A stretch of DNA of 64,000 nt from Obrimoposthia wandeli (Eukaryota): positions 62,001-126,000 of the forward strand of contig CDROCS010002735.1 of assembly GCA_977020255.1 (NCBI GenBank), written 5' to 3'. Made by a program: the position numbers and the translations under genes. A model generated the notes under the pieces. It had not been told where the DNA came from. It saw only the letters and a program-made list of their open reading frames with translations, and made no database searches. This document shows, one piece after another, positions 1 to 10,941 of this stretch; the stretch's first letter is position 1; each line of letters starts with the position of its first letter.

Positions 1-34
1 TTTAGATTACAAGCAGGCTAAAAATAGGAATATT

Positions 35-526
35 ATGAATTTAACAGCATTTCAAGATGCTTACCCTGAAGATTTAAGCCATTGTTTTGGCTGCGGGAAA
101 AATAATCCTCAAGGGCATCAATTAAAAAGCTATTGGTCATCAGAGCCAGTAAAAGAAGCAGCAGAGCAAACTTTTGCCAAATTTACCCCAAGTGCATGCC
201 ATACAGCAATCCCAGGCTTTGTATATGGTGGCTTAATAGCATCATTAATTGACTGTCATGGCACAGGAAGTGCTTCTGCAATGGCTTATAAACAAGCCGG
301 CAGAGCATTAGGTGAAGCCCCTGCACTTCGCTTTGTTACCGCAAAGCTAGACGTTAACTTTGTGGCTCCCACGCCTCTAGGAGTTGAGCTAACGTTAATA
401 GGCACCTTTAGTGAAGTAAAAGAGCGTAAGATAATAGTAGATATCACGCTAAGTGCTCACGGCAAAATATGCGCTAAGGGCCAAGTCATAGCGGTGAAAA
501 TGCCAAGCAGTATGGGCGCAGTATAA
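35..526 (+). CDS. PaaI-like hotdog-fold thioesterase
   Basis: 163 aa; CFGCG motif, YGGLIASLIDCH hotdog helix, VTAKLDVNF strand; upstream AGGA RBS. Confidence 0.85.
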   Translation: MNLTAFQDAYPEDLSHCFGCGKNNPQGHQLKSYWSSEPVKEAAEQTFAKFTPSACHTAIPGFVYGGLIASLIDCHGTGSASAMAYKQAGRALGEAPALRFVTAKLDVNFVAPTPLGVELTLIGTFSEVKERKIIVDITLSAHGKICAKGQVIAVKMPSSMGAV

Positions 527-622
527 CCATTAGAAAAACCTTGCTTGTGTTAATCGTATTAAAAGAGGTATAAAGCGCATTTTATATAAAAATGTAATTT
601 ATAACACAAGCAGGAAATATCA

Positions 623-820
623 ATGAATAGTCTTCTTGAGCAAAGTATCAGCTGCCCTTATTGTGGTGAATCAATAGCAGTATTGATCGATACAACTGAT
701 TTGGACCAGCAATATATAGAAGATTGCCAAGTATGTTGTAGGCCTATTAATTTTTCGATATCAACTACTGTCTGTGGAGATATTGATGTCGCTGTTTTTA
801 GTGACGATGAAAACTATTAA
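623..820 (+). CDS. CPXCG-motif small cysteine-rich protein
   Basis: 65 aa; CPYCGE and EDCQVCCRP motifs; AGGA RBS. Confidence 0.85.
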   Translation: MNSLLEQSISCPYCGESIAVLIDTTDLDQQYIEDCQVCCRPINFSISTTVCGDIDVAVFSDDENY

Positions 821-849
821 CTGATCACTAACTATTTAAAACTAATCGT

Positions 850-1668
850 TTATAGGAACAAATCAAGCGTTAATTTTTTAGTTGGATCAACAGCGTATTT
901 CGAAAAATCAGTTACCCCGTTTTCAGCTAAAACTTGCTCATCAATAAAAAAATTCCCTGTACAGCTTTTCGCATCTTGTAGCAAAATATGGTGCGCACTA
1001 TCGGCAACGATTGCCGCAGTCCTACAGTTTTCTGCTTGAATTACCCCGCCAAGCGCTGCAAGTGCGGCAGTATGAATAACCGTTTTTGGCCACAGGGCAT
1101 TCACTGCTATCCCTTGTCGACTAAACTCTTGCGCCATACCTAGCACACACAAACTCATCCCATATTTTGCAATAGTGTAAGCTGTATGGTTTTCAAACCA
1201 TTTGGCTTGCATATTCAATGGCGGCGCCAAGTTTAATATATGTGGGTTATCGGCTTTAATTAAATAAGACAGGCAAGCTTGTGATACTGCAAAGGTGCCT
1301 CGTGTGTTGACTTGATGCATAAGATCAAAGCGCTTCATGGTTGTTTGCGCGGTATTAGTTAAGCTAATGGCGGATGCATTGTTAATACAAATATCAATGC
1401 CCCCAAAGGTGCTCACAGCCGTGCTAATCGCAGCGGCTATCTGATCATCTTCTCTAATATCAACTTGCAAGGGCAGAGCGTTACCCCCAAGTGCTTCAAT
1501 TTCTTTAGCGGCGGTATATATCGTACCGGGAAGCTTAGGGTGAGCGATGGCTGATTTTGCAACAATAACGATATTTGCCCCATCAAGTGCTGCTTTTTTT
1601 GCTATTTCTAAACCAATGCCGCGACTAGCACCGGTAATGAATAGTGTTTTATTATGTAAACTTTGCAC
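850..1668 (-). CDS. SDR oxidoreductase (HSDL2/citronellal dehydrogenase-like)
   Basis: TGASRGIG, NNAS and YTIAK catalytic motifs; GTG start; last gene of the fatty-acid operon. Confidence 0.9.
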   Translation of the reverse strand: MQSLHNKTLFITGASRGIGLEIAKKAALDGANIVIVAKSAIAHPKLPGTIYTAAKEIEALGGNALPLQVDIREDDQIAAAISTAVSTFGGIDICINNASAISLTNTAQTTMKRFDLMHQVNTRGTFAVSQACLSYLIKADNPHILNLAPPLNMQAKWFENHTAYTIAKYGMSLCVLGMAQEFSRQGIAVNALWPKTVIHTAALAALGGVIQAENCRTAAIVADSAHHILLQDAKSCTGNFFIDEQVLAENGVTDFSKYAVDPTKKLTLDLFL

Positions 1669-1748
1669 GTAACTTAACCCTTGAACTTATAATAATATTT
1701 TAGATTAAAAAATCTATCCAAACACTTGAACTATAATACTATAACGAT

Positions 1749-3533
1749 TTAAAAATGTTCTTCATCAAGTTCCATTATTGTTTTAGAATCGGTCATGACC
1801 ACTGCAAATAAGGTGCTGGTTTGCGGTAAGATTTTTTGCATAAAAAATAGCGATGTGGTGATTTTTGCAGTATAAAAACCGTCAGTATCTTTAGCTAGTT
1901 TTTGCTGCGCTATTTGCGCCATTCGACACCACATGAAAGCTAATGCAACTAAACCGAACAGTCTCAAGTATTCACTGGCTACAGCGGCGGCCTGTTCGGG
2001 GTTAGACAGTCCAATCAATGCGATATGTCCTGTGGCTCGCTGTAAACGTATAAAAGCTTTGGTTAAAGGTTGAATGAAAGGGATTAGTTGCGCGTTAGCA
2101 GCGTTTTGCTCAATATACTCTTGGACAGGATGAAAGAAACGTCGTAAATTTCTACCTGCCTTTTCAGGTAATTTACGCCCAATTAGATCGAGTGCTTGAA
2201 TACCATTGGTGCCTTCGTAAATTTGTGTAATACGACAGTCACGCACATACTGCTCCATCGCTGATTCGCGAATAAAACCATGCCCGCCAAATACTTGTAC
2301 GCCGAGATTGGTGCATTCAAAGGCAATATCAGTGAACAAAGATTTTACAATGGGAGTCGTTAATTGCACAAACTCGTCAGCGGCTTTTCTGCGTTTAACA
2401 TCTTTGTGAGCAATGGAATTATCGTATTCTTGTGAAACCCAAGCACCAAAAGCACGACACCCTTGTGTATAGGCACGCATTGTCATCAACATGCGCCTAA
2501 CATCTGGATGAACAATAATAGGGTCAGCAACTTTATCAGGATGCTTAGCACCGGTTAAAGAGCGCCCTTGTAAACGGTTTTTAGCGTATTCAACCGCACC
2601 TTGATAAGAAATTTCACATAAGCCTACACCCTGCATGCTGACGGCTAATCTGGCTCTATTCATCATAGAAAACATGCCTTTCATGCCTTTATTGAGATTG
2701 CCAACTAGCCAGCCTTGAGCATCTTCAAAATTGATGGTACAGGTGGCCGAAGCTTTAATACCCATTTTGTCTTCAATTGAGCTGCATATAACATGATTGT
2801 TAGGGCCGGACGCACCGCATTCATCAATATGATTTTTAGGAACTACAAATAAACTAATACCTTTGATACCAGCCACTGCATCGGGTGTACGTGCCAGTAC
2901 TAAGTGAATGATATTATCTGTTAAATCGTGCTCGCCTGCAGAGATGAATATTTTAGTACCGCTAATAAGATACGATCCATCTTTTTGTAGTTTCGCCTGA
3001 GTAGAGCACAATCCTAAATCGGTACCGCAATGCGGCTCAGTTAAACACATAGTACCTGACCAGCTGCCATCAACTAGCTTGGGTAAAAATTTATCTTTAA
3101 GGGCAGTCGATGCAAAACCATACAAGGCATGATAGGCCCCAAAGGTTAAGCCCGGATACATACCAAAGGATAGGTTGGCTGAACATAGCATTTCTTCAAC
3201 CATGGAATGGATACTCTTAGGCATATTCATGCCGCCATATTGTGTGTCACAGTTGAAGGCTGTCCAGCCTCCCTCGCACAATTGTTGGTAGGCAGCTTTA
3301 AAGCCTGTAGGAGTGCTAACCTTGCCTTGCTTAAGTAGGCAGCCTTGCTCGTCTCCCAAGCGATTAAGCGGGAACAAAACTTGCTCGGTAAAACTAGCTG
3401 CAGCCTCTAAAACAGGGGTAACTAAATCTTGGCTTGCCTCTGAAAAACCGGTTAATTCAACCAGCTTATTTGCGTTGTGTAATTCATATAAAACAAATTG
3501 CATATCTCTAATAGGTGCTTGATAAGTAAACAT
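1749..3533 (-). CDS. Acyl-CoA dehydrogenase (about 600-aa type)
   Basis: CLTEPHCGTDL, GTKIFIS, GGHGF and QIYEGTNGIQ motifs. Confidence 0.95.
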   Translation of the reverse strand: MFTYQAPIRDMQFVLYELHNANKLVELTGFSEASQDLVTPVLEAAASFTEQVLFPLNRLGDEQGCLLKQGKVSTPTGFKAAYQQLCEGGWTAFNCDTQYGGMNMPKSIHSMVEEMLCSANLSFGMYPGLTFGAYHALYGFASTALKDKFLPKLVDGSWSGTMCLTEPHCGTDLGLCSTQAKLQKDGSYLISGTKIFISAGEHDLTDNIIHLVLARTPDAVAGIKGISLFVVPKNHIDECGASGPNNHVICSSIEDKMGIKASATCTINFEDAQGWLVGNLNKGMKGMFSMMNRARLAVSMQGVGLCEISYQGAVEYAKNRLQGRSLTGAKHPDKVADPIIVHPDVRRMLMTMRAYTQGCRAFGAWVSQEYDNSIAHKDVKRRKAADEFVQLTTPIVKSLFTDIAFECTNLGVQVFGGHGFIRESAMEQYVRDCRITQIYEGTNGIQALDLIGRKLPEKAGRNLRRFFHPVQEYIEQNAANAQLIPFIQPLTKAFIRLQRATGHIALIGLSNPEQAAAVASEYLRLFGLVALAFMWCRMAQIAQQKLAKDTDGFYTAKITTSLFFMQKILPQTSTLFAVVMTDSKTIMELDEEHF

Positions 3534-3544
3534 ATAACCTCCAA

Positions 3545-5899
3545 TTAATTTCTTAATGGTTTACCCGTTAGCAATATGTGTTCGATTCTATCTAAACTCT
3601 CAGGATGACGAATAATACGCATAAATGAGCTGCGTTCTAGCGCCAATATGTCATCTTCGCTTTGCGCTACTTGTGGGTCTGCGTTAGGGCCGCCGCTGAG
3701 AATTTCGGCTATTTCCAGTGCAACTACACTATCATGTTTGGTGGCCTTGCCACTGCGTACATAGCTAGCAATAGTCATATCAAAAACCGCTTTTGCACTG
3801 GGGCCAGGCAAGTTGAAAATAGGCTCAAAAGGCGGTTTATATTGCTCTACTAAAGATAGTGCTTTTTGTTTGGCGTCTGCTAGTAAGCGGTATCGGTTCA
3901 TAGTAATTGCATCGTTGGTGCGCATTACTTTGTTGCTTTTTGCTTGCTCAGCAGATTTAGATACTGCAGCTGTAGAGATAAGCTCAAACACTTTAGCAGG
4001 CCCAGCAATAGGACCTTTTGCATAATATGGATTATTTATCCAGCGATCTAACAGTTCTTTGCAACCACCCCATGCCGGCACTAATCCGACGCCCGCTTCA
4101 ACTAACCCGGTATAGGTTTCTATATGTGCTTGGATAGCATCGCTGTGTAATAATATTTCACAGCCTCCACCAAGCGCCATGCCACTAGGCGCGGAAACGA
4201 CTGGAAAAGGTGCATATTTAAGAGCTTTGTAAGCTTGTTGTCCAGCTTGTACAAGATTAGCTATTTCTGACCAAGCGGCGATATTAGCCGCAAACATGGC
4301 TAGGCCTAAATTTGCTCCCGCTGAAAAGTTATCCGCATCTGAATATATAACCATTGCTTTATAGTGGTTAGAAACTTCTAAAATAGACTTATGTAGTAGT
4401 TTAATGGTGTTTAAATCTAATGAATTCATTTTTGAGGTGAACTCAAAGCAAGCGACGCCGTCACCAATGTCCCAAAGAGCAGCAGAAGAGTTACTTAAAA
4501 TGGCTGTTGTATTACGTTTAATATCATTTAACATCACCACACCGACTGGGCGCTGCATAGGTGAATAGCCACCTTGAGTATTTAATGAAAGTTTTTGCGA
4601 TTCATCTATTTTATAAAAACCTTGCGCAACAGCCGCTTCCAAGGTGGTTGATATTGCAATGTTTTCAGCCTGCAGTTTCTCTTTAAACCAGCGGGCACCT
4701 ATTTTATCAATTAACTCGAAGGGGCCAAGTTTCCAGTTGTAGCCCAAGCGCATTGCTTCATCTACAGCGTTAATATTATCAGCTGCTTGTGGTACTAGCT
4801 GGGTAGCATAAGCGAGTGTTTTTGACATAACTCGCCATGCATATTTAGAAATTTTATCTTCTGATTCAAATAATTGCCTAATATTATTAACGCTAGTTAT
4901 CGAGCCTGCAATATCCACTTTTTTAACCGGAGCATAGTTACCAGTATGTAAGTCGATCACTTCCTTTATTTTAGTGCCTTGCACTGTTTTAACACGATAA
5001 AAGCCGCCTTTACCTTTACGGCCGGTATAACCTTCATCAATCATTTTTAGCAGTAGCGGTAAGTCACGTTTTATATTTACAAAAGCGTCTTTTGCAGGTA
5101 ATGCTGTTAGCATAGAGTCAATAACATTAGGCATTAAATCTAAACCGACTAAATCCATCAAAGCAAAGACACCCGTTTTAGGTACTCCACAAGGTTTACC
5201 CAAGATAGCGTCTGCATCCTCTATGCTAATGCCACTATCGAACGCTTCAATTAAAGCGCAGTATATCCAAAAGATGCCCAGCCTATTGGCTATAAAGCCA
5301 GGGCTGTCTTTGCACAAGACCACGGACTTTCCCAGTGTGTAATCACAAAACTGATTCACAGCATCAATAACTGAGCTTTTGGTGTGTTCGCCTTTAACAA
5401 CTTCCATTAAACGCATATACCGAGGAGGGTTAAAGAAATGTGTAATGCAAAAGTCTTCGACAAAGCGCTGTGGCATATCTTTGACAAGTGCTGCTAATAG
5501 GATAGTGGAGGTGTTTGAAGATACGATTGATCCAGGTTTTCGTATGGCGTGAATTTTTGCGTAAAGGGCTTGTTTAAGTGCAATGTTTTCGACTATTGCC
5601 TCTATTATCCAATCACATTTACTTATTTGGGAAAGATGGTCATCAATGTTTAATGCAATAATTCGCTTTGCATTACGTTTATGTGTGAAGGGCTCAGGGT
5701 TGGTTTTAAGTAGCTTTCCAATGGCTGATTTGGCAACGATACTGCGATCTTGATTACTAACTAAGCTATTAGAATTTATAATTTTTTTTGGAACAATATC
5801 GAACAGCAGCACACGATACCCAGCATTGGCAATGTGAGCTGCAATACCCGCTCCCATAACCCCTGCGCCAATCACGCAGATATTTTTGATTTCATTCAT
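3545..5899 (-). CDS. 3-hydroxyacyl-CoA dehydrogenase/enoyl-CoA hydratase (FadN-type, dehydrogenase N-terminal)
   Basis: GAGVMGAG Rossmann motif, HFFNPP, C-terminal GGGCE and LVEAGVG crotonase motifs; start placed at ATG 5899 (MNEIKN), overlapping the thiolase stop as TAATG. Confidence 0.93.
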   Translation of the reverse strand: MNEIKNICVIGAGVMGAGIAAHIANAGYRVLLFDIVPKKIINSNSLVSNQDRSIVAKSAIGKLLKTNPEPFTHKRNAKRIIALNIDDHLSQISKCDWIIEAIVENIALKQALYAKIHAIRKPGSIVSSNTSTILLAALVKDMPQRFVEDFCITHFFNPPRYMRLMEVVKGEHTKSSVIDAVNQFCDYTLGKSVVLCKDSPGFIANRLGIFWIYCALIEAFDSGISIEDADAILGKPCGVPKTGVFALMDLVGLDLMPNVIDSMLTALPAKDAFVNIKRDLPLLLKMIDEGYTGRKGKGGFYRVKTVQGTKIKEVIDLHTGNYAPVKKVDIAGSITSVNNIRQLFESEDKISKYAWRVMSKTLAYATQLVPQAADNINAVDEAMRLGYNWKLGPFELIDKIGARWFKEKLQAENIAISTTLEAAVAQGFYKIDESQKLSLNTQGGYSPMQRPVGVVMLNDIKRNTTAILSNSSAALWDIGDGVACFEFTSKMNSLDLNTIKLLHKSILEVSNHYKAMVIYSDADNFSAGANLGLAMFAANIAAWSEIANLVQAGQQAYKALKYAPFPVVSAPSGMALGGGCEILLHSDAIQAHIETYTGLVEAGVGLVPAWGGCKELLDRWINNPYYAKGPIAGPAKVFELISTAAVSKSAEQAKSNKVMRTNDAITMNRYRLLADAKQKALSLVEQYKPPFEPIFNLPGPSAKAVFDMTIASYVRSGKATKHDSVVALEIAEILSGGPNADPQVAQSEDDILALERSSFMRIIRHPESLDRIEHILLTGKPLRN

Positions 5900-7023
5900 T
5901 ATAAAACCTCCAATATGGTAGCGATGCCTTGCCCACCTCCGATGCACTGGGTCGCTAATCCGTATTTCTTACCTTCGCGTTGTAATAAACTGGCTAGTTT
6001 GCCAACAATACGCGCACCAGTGGCGCCTAAAGGGTGGCCAAGGGCAATAGCTCCACCATCTATGTTTACATTACTAGGGTTAATTTTTAACTGGTTAATA
6101 CAAGCTAAAGCTTGAGAGGAAAAAGCTTCGTTTAACTCAATTATATCCATATCGTTGATGCTCAATCCCGCCCGTTTTAAAGCTTTTAAAGTTGCATATA
6201 CCGGACCCATACCCATGATTTGTGGATCACAGCCAGAAGTTGCGACGGCTATGATTTTAGCTAACGGTTTGAGGTTTTTATTGAGTGCATAATCTTGTGA
6301 GCAAACAAGCACTGCACTAGCACCATCTGTTAAAGGAGAGCTGGTGCCCGCTGTAACAGAACCTTGTGCATCAAAGGCTGGCTTTAAACTGGCTAAAGCT
6401 TCTAAGCTGGTATCTTTTCGAATACAACCATCAGTATCATTACCATTGATAGGGATTATTTCCTCGGCAAAGTAACCTTTATTTTGTGCCTTGATTGCTT
6501 TTTGTTGAGAAAGTAGTGCAAAGGCTTCTTGCTGCTCGCGACTTATTTGATATTTGTTAGCAACCACTTCAGCGGTATCACCCATTGCGATAAAAGCATT
6601 AGGATTTTCTTTATAAAGGGCAGGGTTAGGCATGGGATTAAAGCCCATGATAGGCACGCGTGACATGCTTTCAATACCTGCACAAATAAATACATCTCCT
6701 GCGTTAAGTGCAATGCTTCCCGCTGCCATATGTATCGCTTGCATAGACGAGCCGCACCAACGATTGATTGTCGATCCACCTATACTATTTGGCAAGCCGC
6801 TCATAAAAACGGCTAAACGGCCTATATTAAAGCCTTGCTCTGCTTCAGGAAACGCACAGCCGCAAATAAGGTCTTCTATATCCAGAGTGTTAATTTGAGT
6901 GGCAGCCAGTAATCCTTTGATAACTTGTGCGACTAAATCATCTGGTCGAACGCGGGCTAAGCTGCCTTTATTGGCTAAATGGAAAGGGGAGCGGTTAAAC
7001 CCGACAATGACGGCTTGTTTCAT
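5899..7023 (-). CDS. Acetyl-CoA C-acyltransferase (thiolase)
   Basis: [19 protein letters not shown] and CIGGGQG motifs; likely start MKQAVIV at 7023, preceded by GGAG. Confidence 0.95.
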   Translation of the reverse strand: MKQAVIVGFNRSPFHLANKGSLARVRPDDLVAQVIKGLLAATQINTLDIEDLICGCAFPEAEQGFNIGRLAVFMSGLPNSIGGSTINRWCGSSMQAIHMAAGSIALNAGDVFICAGIESMSRVPIMGFNPMPNPALYKENPNAFIAMGDTAEVVANKYQISREQQEAFALLSQQKAIKAQNKGYFAEEIIPINGNDTDGCIRKDTSLEALASLKPAFDAQGSVTAGTSSPLTDGASAVLVCSQDYALNKNLKPLAKIIAVATSGCDPQIMGMGPVYATLKALKRAGLSINDMDIIELNEAFSSQALACINQLKINPSNVNIDGGAIALGHPLGATGARIVGKLASLLQREGKKYGLATQCIGGGQGIATILEVL

Positions 7024-7620
7024 ACTAAATCTCCATAAGCTTATGGCTCTAAATTTAAGATCATGCAATAAAAGCAAGAGTGCCTTTAGTGATATAAATT
7101 ATGTTGTATTCAATATTTAACTGAGAAATAGAAAGTAGTTAATTCAAAGATCGCTTACAAAACGCTAGCCCTGTTAAAAAAATAACAAGCTTGTCAGTAT
7201 CGCTTTAGAGCGTTTACAATATCTCTTGAAATTGATAGCCCCTCTTTAAAAACAGTTTTTTATAATTATCGAGATACTTAAGAATGAACAGGTTACCTTT
7301 GGGGTGGCTCGTGAGCTGATAAATGCTGGTTGTTAGTTTGAGTAATAGCTCATCATAGTAATATAGACATCTACTTTTTATTATAGTGCCGTAGCGTTTG
7401 CTTTAAGCTTGGTTTGTCATTGATTTTTAAAGTTAATAACATCTATAACTTAGGAGGTCCTTAAGCATAAAATGAAATATAGTTGGTGAAGTTGCGCACA
7501 TGTACTAACAACAATTGTTAATATATTTTTTAAAAATATTACAAGCTATCGTGTAATGCATTTCAACCCAGTCTAAAAATATCTAAGTTTAAATTGCTAA
7601 AATACATACTTTAGACTGAA

Positions 7621-7628
7621 GGGGAGGG
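7621..7628 (+). other. KOPS-like octamer (GGGNAGGG) pointing toward the dif-like site
   Basis: GGGGAGGG on the + strand 1.8 kb left of the dif-like site; a single occurrence, so weak. Confidence 0.3.
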
Positions 7629-7650
7629 GAGTAAAACCTCGATGTAGCCA

Positions 7651-8955
7651 TTAAAATTGATAATCAAACCCTACACTAAGTATGTTGACACGGGATTTAA
7701 ATGCACCAGCATAAGTAGTCGCTTTACCTGATCTGCCTTCCTTTAAATCGGCAGATCTAGCTCTAATGTGAGAGTACCCGACATTTAATGTCGTCTTCTT
7801 ATTAAGTGCATAAGACGCTCCAACAGATGTCCAAAACCTAGTTTCATCTGGAATACCTGCTGATCGATGCTGATCGTTAGCAGCTCCTTCATCATAAGCG
7901 ACTCCCATTTTTAATTGAAGCTGTGCATCGTATTGGTAGTTTGCTCCTAATGCGACGAAAATATTATCACTCCAATTATAATCTGTGGCTGCAGCTAGTG
8001 ATCCGTCATCTCTTATAACCTCTAATTTGTCAAATACAGACCAATCTGTCCAGCTTACATCTGCAAGCAAAGCCCATTGCTCAGTAACATCGTGGTATAA
8101 GCCGATAGAGGCAGTTGCAGGTGTAGTAAAATTTGCAGAAGCATTAAAGTTGGTAGCACTAAATGCAGGATGAGCGGCAGCAATAGGTGTTTTTACATCG
8201 CCGTCTAGTTCGTGCTTAATCTGAGAGCGATAATTAAACCCAACGCGCCCTTTATCACTATATTCATAGAGCATGCCAAAACCAAAGCCAAAACCAATAT
8301 CGTCAGCTTTAAGTGTCGTTAAAGCTTTAGTGTTTACATCACCTATAGAGGCTTGGTACAAAGACTGATTGGTAAGTTCTCCGTCCATTTTTTGAATCTG
8401 TACATTACCACCAATTGAAAATTTATCATTAATGCGATAAGAAATTGAAGGGGCCAGGTTAATCGTTTTTATTTGGCTTAAAACATTATATTCAGCTCCT
8501 ACCCAATCTTTATCGTATTCCGTGGATAATCCATAGGGAGCATTGATACTTATGCCCAGCTTGATATCTTCAGAGTAATCCCAAACAGCATAAGCTGCTG
8601 GCACAAAGGCTGAAACACCCCCATCAATGCCAGAGGTGTTTGTGAATGGGTTAGGAGTAGGGCCTAATGCAGCTGAAGTGCCCGCAGAGCTATGCCCATA
8701 TTTAGCAGAAGGGGCTATATAAGAAATATTTGACTGAATATGGTTGCCTTCAAGGCGTGACATGCCAGCAGGGTTGAAAAATATTGTACTCGCGTCAACA
8801 GCTTTAGCCGTTTGTCCTGCGAATGAGTTTCCTTGTCCTTCTGCGCTTTGCTCCTTTAATTGAAAGCCGGCAGCGTAAATTGAAGACGCACTACTGATCA
8901 GTGTAATTGTACTGACAATGGTAATGAGTATGTTCTTTTCCGCATATTTATTCAT
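7651..8955 (-). CDS. fadL: Long-chain fatty acid outer-membrane transporter (FadL/OmpP1 family)
   Basis: AAGFQLKEQS N-terminal hatch, NPAGM motif, PYGLSTEY, C-terminal Phe. Confidence 0.9.
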   Translation of the reverse strand: MNKYAEKNILITIVSTITLISSASSIYAAGFQLKEQSAEGQGNSFAGQTAKAVDASTIFFNPAGMSRLEGNHIQSNISYIAPSAKYGHSSAGTSAALGPTPNPFTNTSGIDGGVSAFVPAAYAVWDYSEDIKLGISINAPYGLSTEYDKDWVGAEYNVLSQIKTINLAPSISYRINDKFSIGGNVQIQKMDGELTNQSLYQASIGDVNTKALTTLKADDIGFGFGFGMLYEYSDKGRVGFNYRSQIKHELDGDVKTPIAAAHPAFSATNFNASANFTTPATASIGLYHDVTEQWALLADVSWTDWSVFDKLEVIRDDGSLAAATDYNWSDNIFVALGANYQYDAQLQLKMGVAYDEGAANDQHRSAGIPDETRFWTSVGASYALNKKTTLNVGYSHIRARSADLKEGRSGKATTYAGAFKSRVNILSVGFDYQF

Positions 8956-9424
8956 ATTATTCTCTCTTTGGCTGACAAATTTTATTGGGGGATGCCATCA
9001 ATGTATCTAACAAAATATAGGCTTGCACTAACAGTTTCTATGAGAATCTGACGCATCCTTAGATGCTATTTTAAACATAACGGTAACTCAAGCATAGGTA
9101 ATGTGCAGTACCCAAAGTGAATAAAGAGTTTACTAATAGTAGTAATAATAACAAGTTGCTGCAACATTCCCTGTATTAAACATTAATCCATAGGCGTGTA
9201 AGTATCCACAAAAAAATAATAAAAAACGGGTTAGATCAAATATCAATCCAAGCATGTAGATAAAGAGCTAGTGGAGTGGTCATCAATAATTTTTTGCAAT
9301 TCAATGAATTTTACAGCTAGAAGCATTGATCATGAGGTAATTAGCAATTAATTGTCTATGAACTTAAAGTAATTGATCACTGTTGTAATAATCATTTAAA
9401 AACAGATATCTTTATATAAAATAT

Positions 9425-9452
9425 CATGCGTATAAATAATATTATGTTAAAT
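9425..9452. other. dif-like XerC/XerD recombination site
   Basis: CATGCGTATAA-ATAATA-TTATGTTAAAT: perfect 11-bp XerD arm, 6-bp core, XerC arm 8/11 identical to E. coli dif (22/28 overall); intergenic. Confidence 0.8.
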
Positions 9453-9800
9453 AGAGAGTTGAGTTTAATGATTTAGTGCTTTCGCTCTTATCACGATATA
9501 GCATCAATATTAGTAGCCTTAGCTGTCGTTTGTGGGAGGGTAGGAGTTGGAGTGGTTTTAAGAAAAAAGCTTAAAACAATAGCGCAGCATTAGTAAAAGC
9601 AGGCCATTAATGCTATTTACCTACTTGATGTAGGCAATGCTTTGATTAGAATTACTTGTTTATTCCCATGCCAATATTATCCGGATCTTAGTAAACTCTA
9701 CTCATTTTACGGCTAGCGTTTTAGTTGAAAATATATATAAACAAAGATTGTGTTTGAAAATATTTCTCAATACAATACTGGCCAATAAATTTGTATGCGA

Positions 9801-9965
9801 TAGGTGCAGTCAGCCATTTAATGCCTGACTGATAATTGGGAAGCTTGTGTAAATCAGGCGCTGCCCCCGCAACGGTAATTACAGTTTGTCGGTCAACAAT
9901 ATTTCTGAGCAACAGCTTAGAAATATTGATCCATGGCCGCACTGTTAAGCCCGAAAACCAGCCTA
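9801..9965 (+). ncRNA. Cobalamin (AdoCbl) riboswitch
   Basis: TAGGT...AATTGGGAAG...GTAAATC...GCTGCCCCCGCAACGGTAA...AAGCCCGAAAACCAGCCTA (B12 box); P1 TAGG/CCTA; lies upstream of an ABC importer. Confidence 0.9.
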
Positions 9966-10128
9966 ACGTTACCCCTTTAAATAATCGCGGTGGGCGGTTC
10001 TGGGCATGAAGCTTTTTGGGCTTTCTTCCTAGGCATGTTTCTCCGTGTGTGAGCTTATTAGGCAGCACATGACAAAAGCTATTCAAAATTACACTCTAAT
10101 ATATGTAATCATTAGTTGACCCCTGGCT

Positions 10129-10941
10129 ATGGCAGATCTGTTACAAGTCAAACACTTGAGTGTCTCTGGTGAGTCCCATCAAAAATTGCTTGAAGATGTC
10201 AGTTTTAATCTAAAAGCAGGTGAAATGGTGGGAGTGCTAGGACCCAATGGTGCTGGTAAAACGACTTTAATGCGTTGCTTGTTTGGTGCATTAAATGCTT
10301 TTTCTGGAGAAATCTATCTAAATGGGCGAGATAGCCGCACATTAACTGTTCGTCAGCGCGCATTATTAATCGCTGCTGTAACACAAGAAAACCCCGCTGA
10401 TTTTCAGTTAAGTGTTCGCTCTGTTATATCCACGGGTCGTACACCACATCAACATTGGCTCAGTGGTAGGGACGCTAAAGGCGTGAGCGTATTCGAGGCC
10501 GCTGTGAAACAGTTTAACCTCGGTGACTTTTTAGACCGTGACATTAAAGATCTTTCTGGTGGTGAACGTAAAAGAGTGATGATCTGTCGAGCAATAGTAC
10601 AGCAACCCCAGTTAATGATACTCGACGAACCCTGTAACCATCTAGATATTGCGCATCAGCTTAGCCTCATGGGATTATTACGCAAGCTACCTGTAAGCAG
10701 CTTAATATCCTTACACGACCTTCCATTAGCGGCAAGATACTGCGATCGAGTGTTAATGCTTCAACACGGGCGCTTAATTGCTGAAGGTAGTCCCAAAGAA
10801 GTACTCACGTCACGACTATTCGCTTCAGTGTTTGGTGTGCATGCAAATACCTATACTAATCCTTGGGAGCAATGGTCATTCCATGCGACCTCTCTCTCAT
10901 CCTTTCCTGAAACTTCTAATAATGAGAAAACACATGCGTAA
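10129..10941 (+). CDS. ABC ATPase, BtuD/FecE family (probable corrinoid uptake)
   Basis: GPNGAGKT, LSGGE, LDEP and LHDL motifs. Confidence 0.92.
   Translation: MADLLQVKHLSVSGESHQKLLEDVSFNLKAGEMVGVLGPNGAGKTTLMRCLFGALNAFSGEIYLNGRDSRTLTVRQRALLIAAVTQENPADFQLSVRSVISTGRTPHQHWLSGRDAKGVSVFEAAVKQFNLGDFLDRDIKDLSGGERKRVMICRAIVQQPQLMILDEPCNHLDIAHQLSLMGLLRKLPVSSLISLHDLPLAARYCDRVLMLQHGRLIAEGSPKEVLTSRLFASVFGVHANTYTNPWEQWSFHATSLSSFPETSNNEKTHA

Noticed and set aside
1720-1734. 15-bp exact match AAACACTTGAACTAT, also at 56722-56736
   Set aside because: AT-rich and 55 kb apart; matches of this length are expected by chance in 64 kb
9721-10086. 121-aa minus-strand ORF
   Set aside because: Antisense to the cobalamin riboswitch, which explains the sequence
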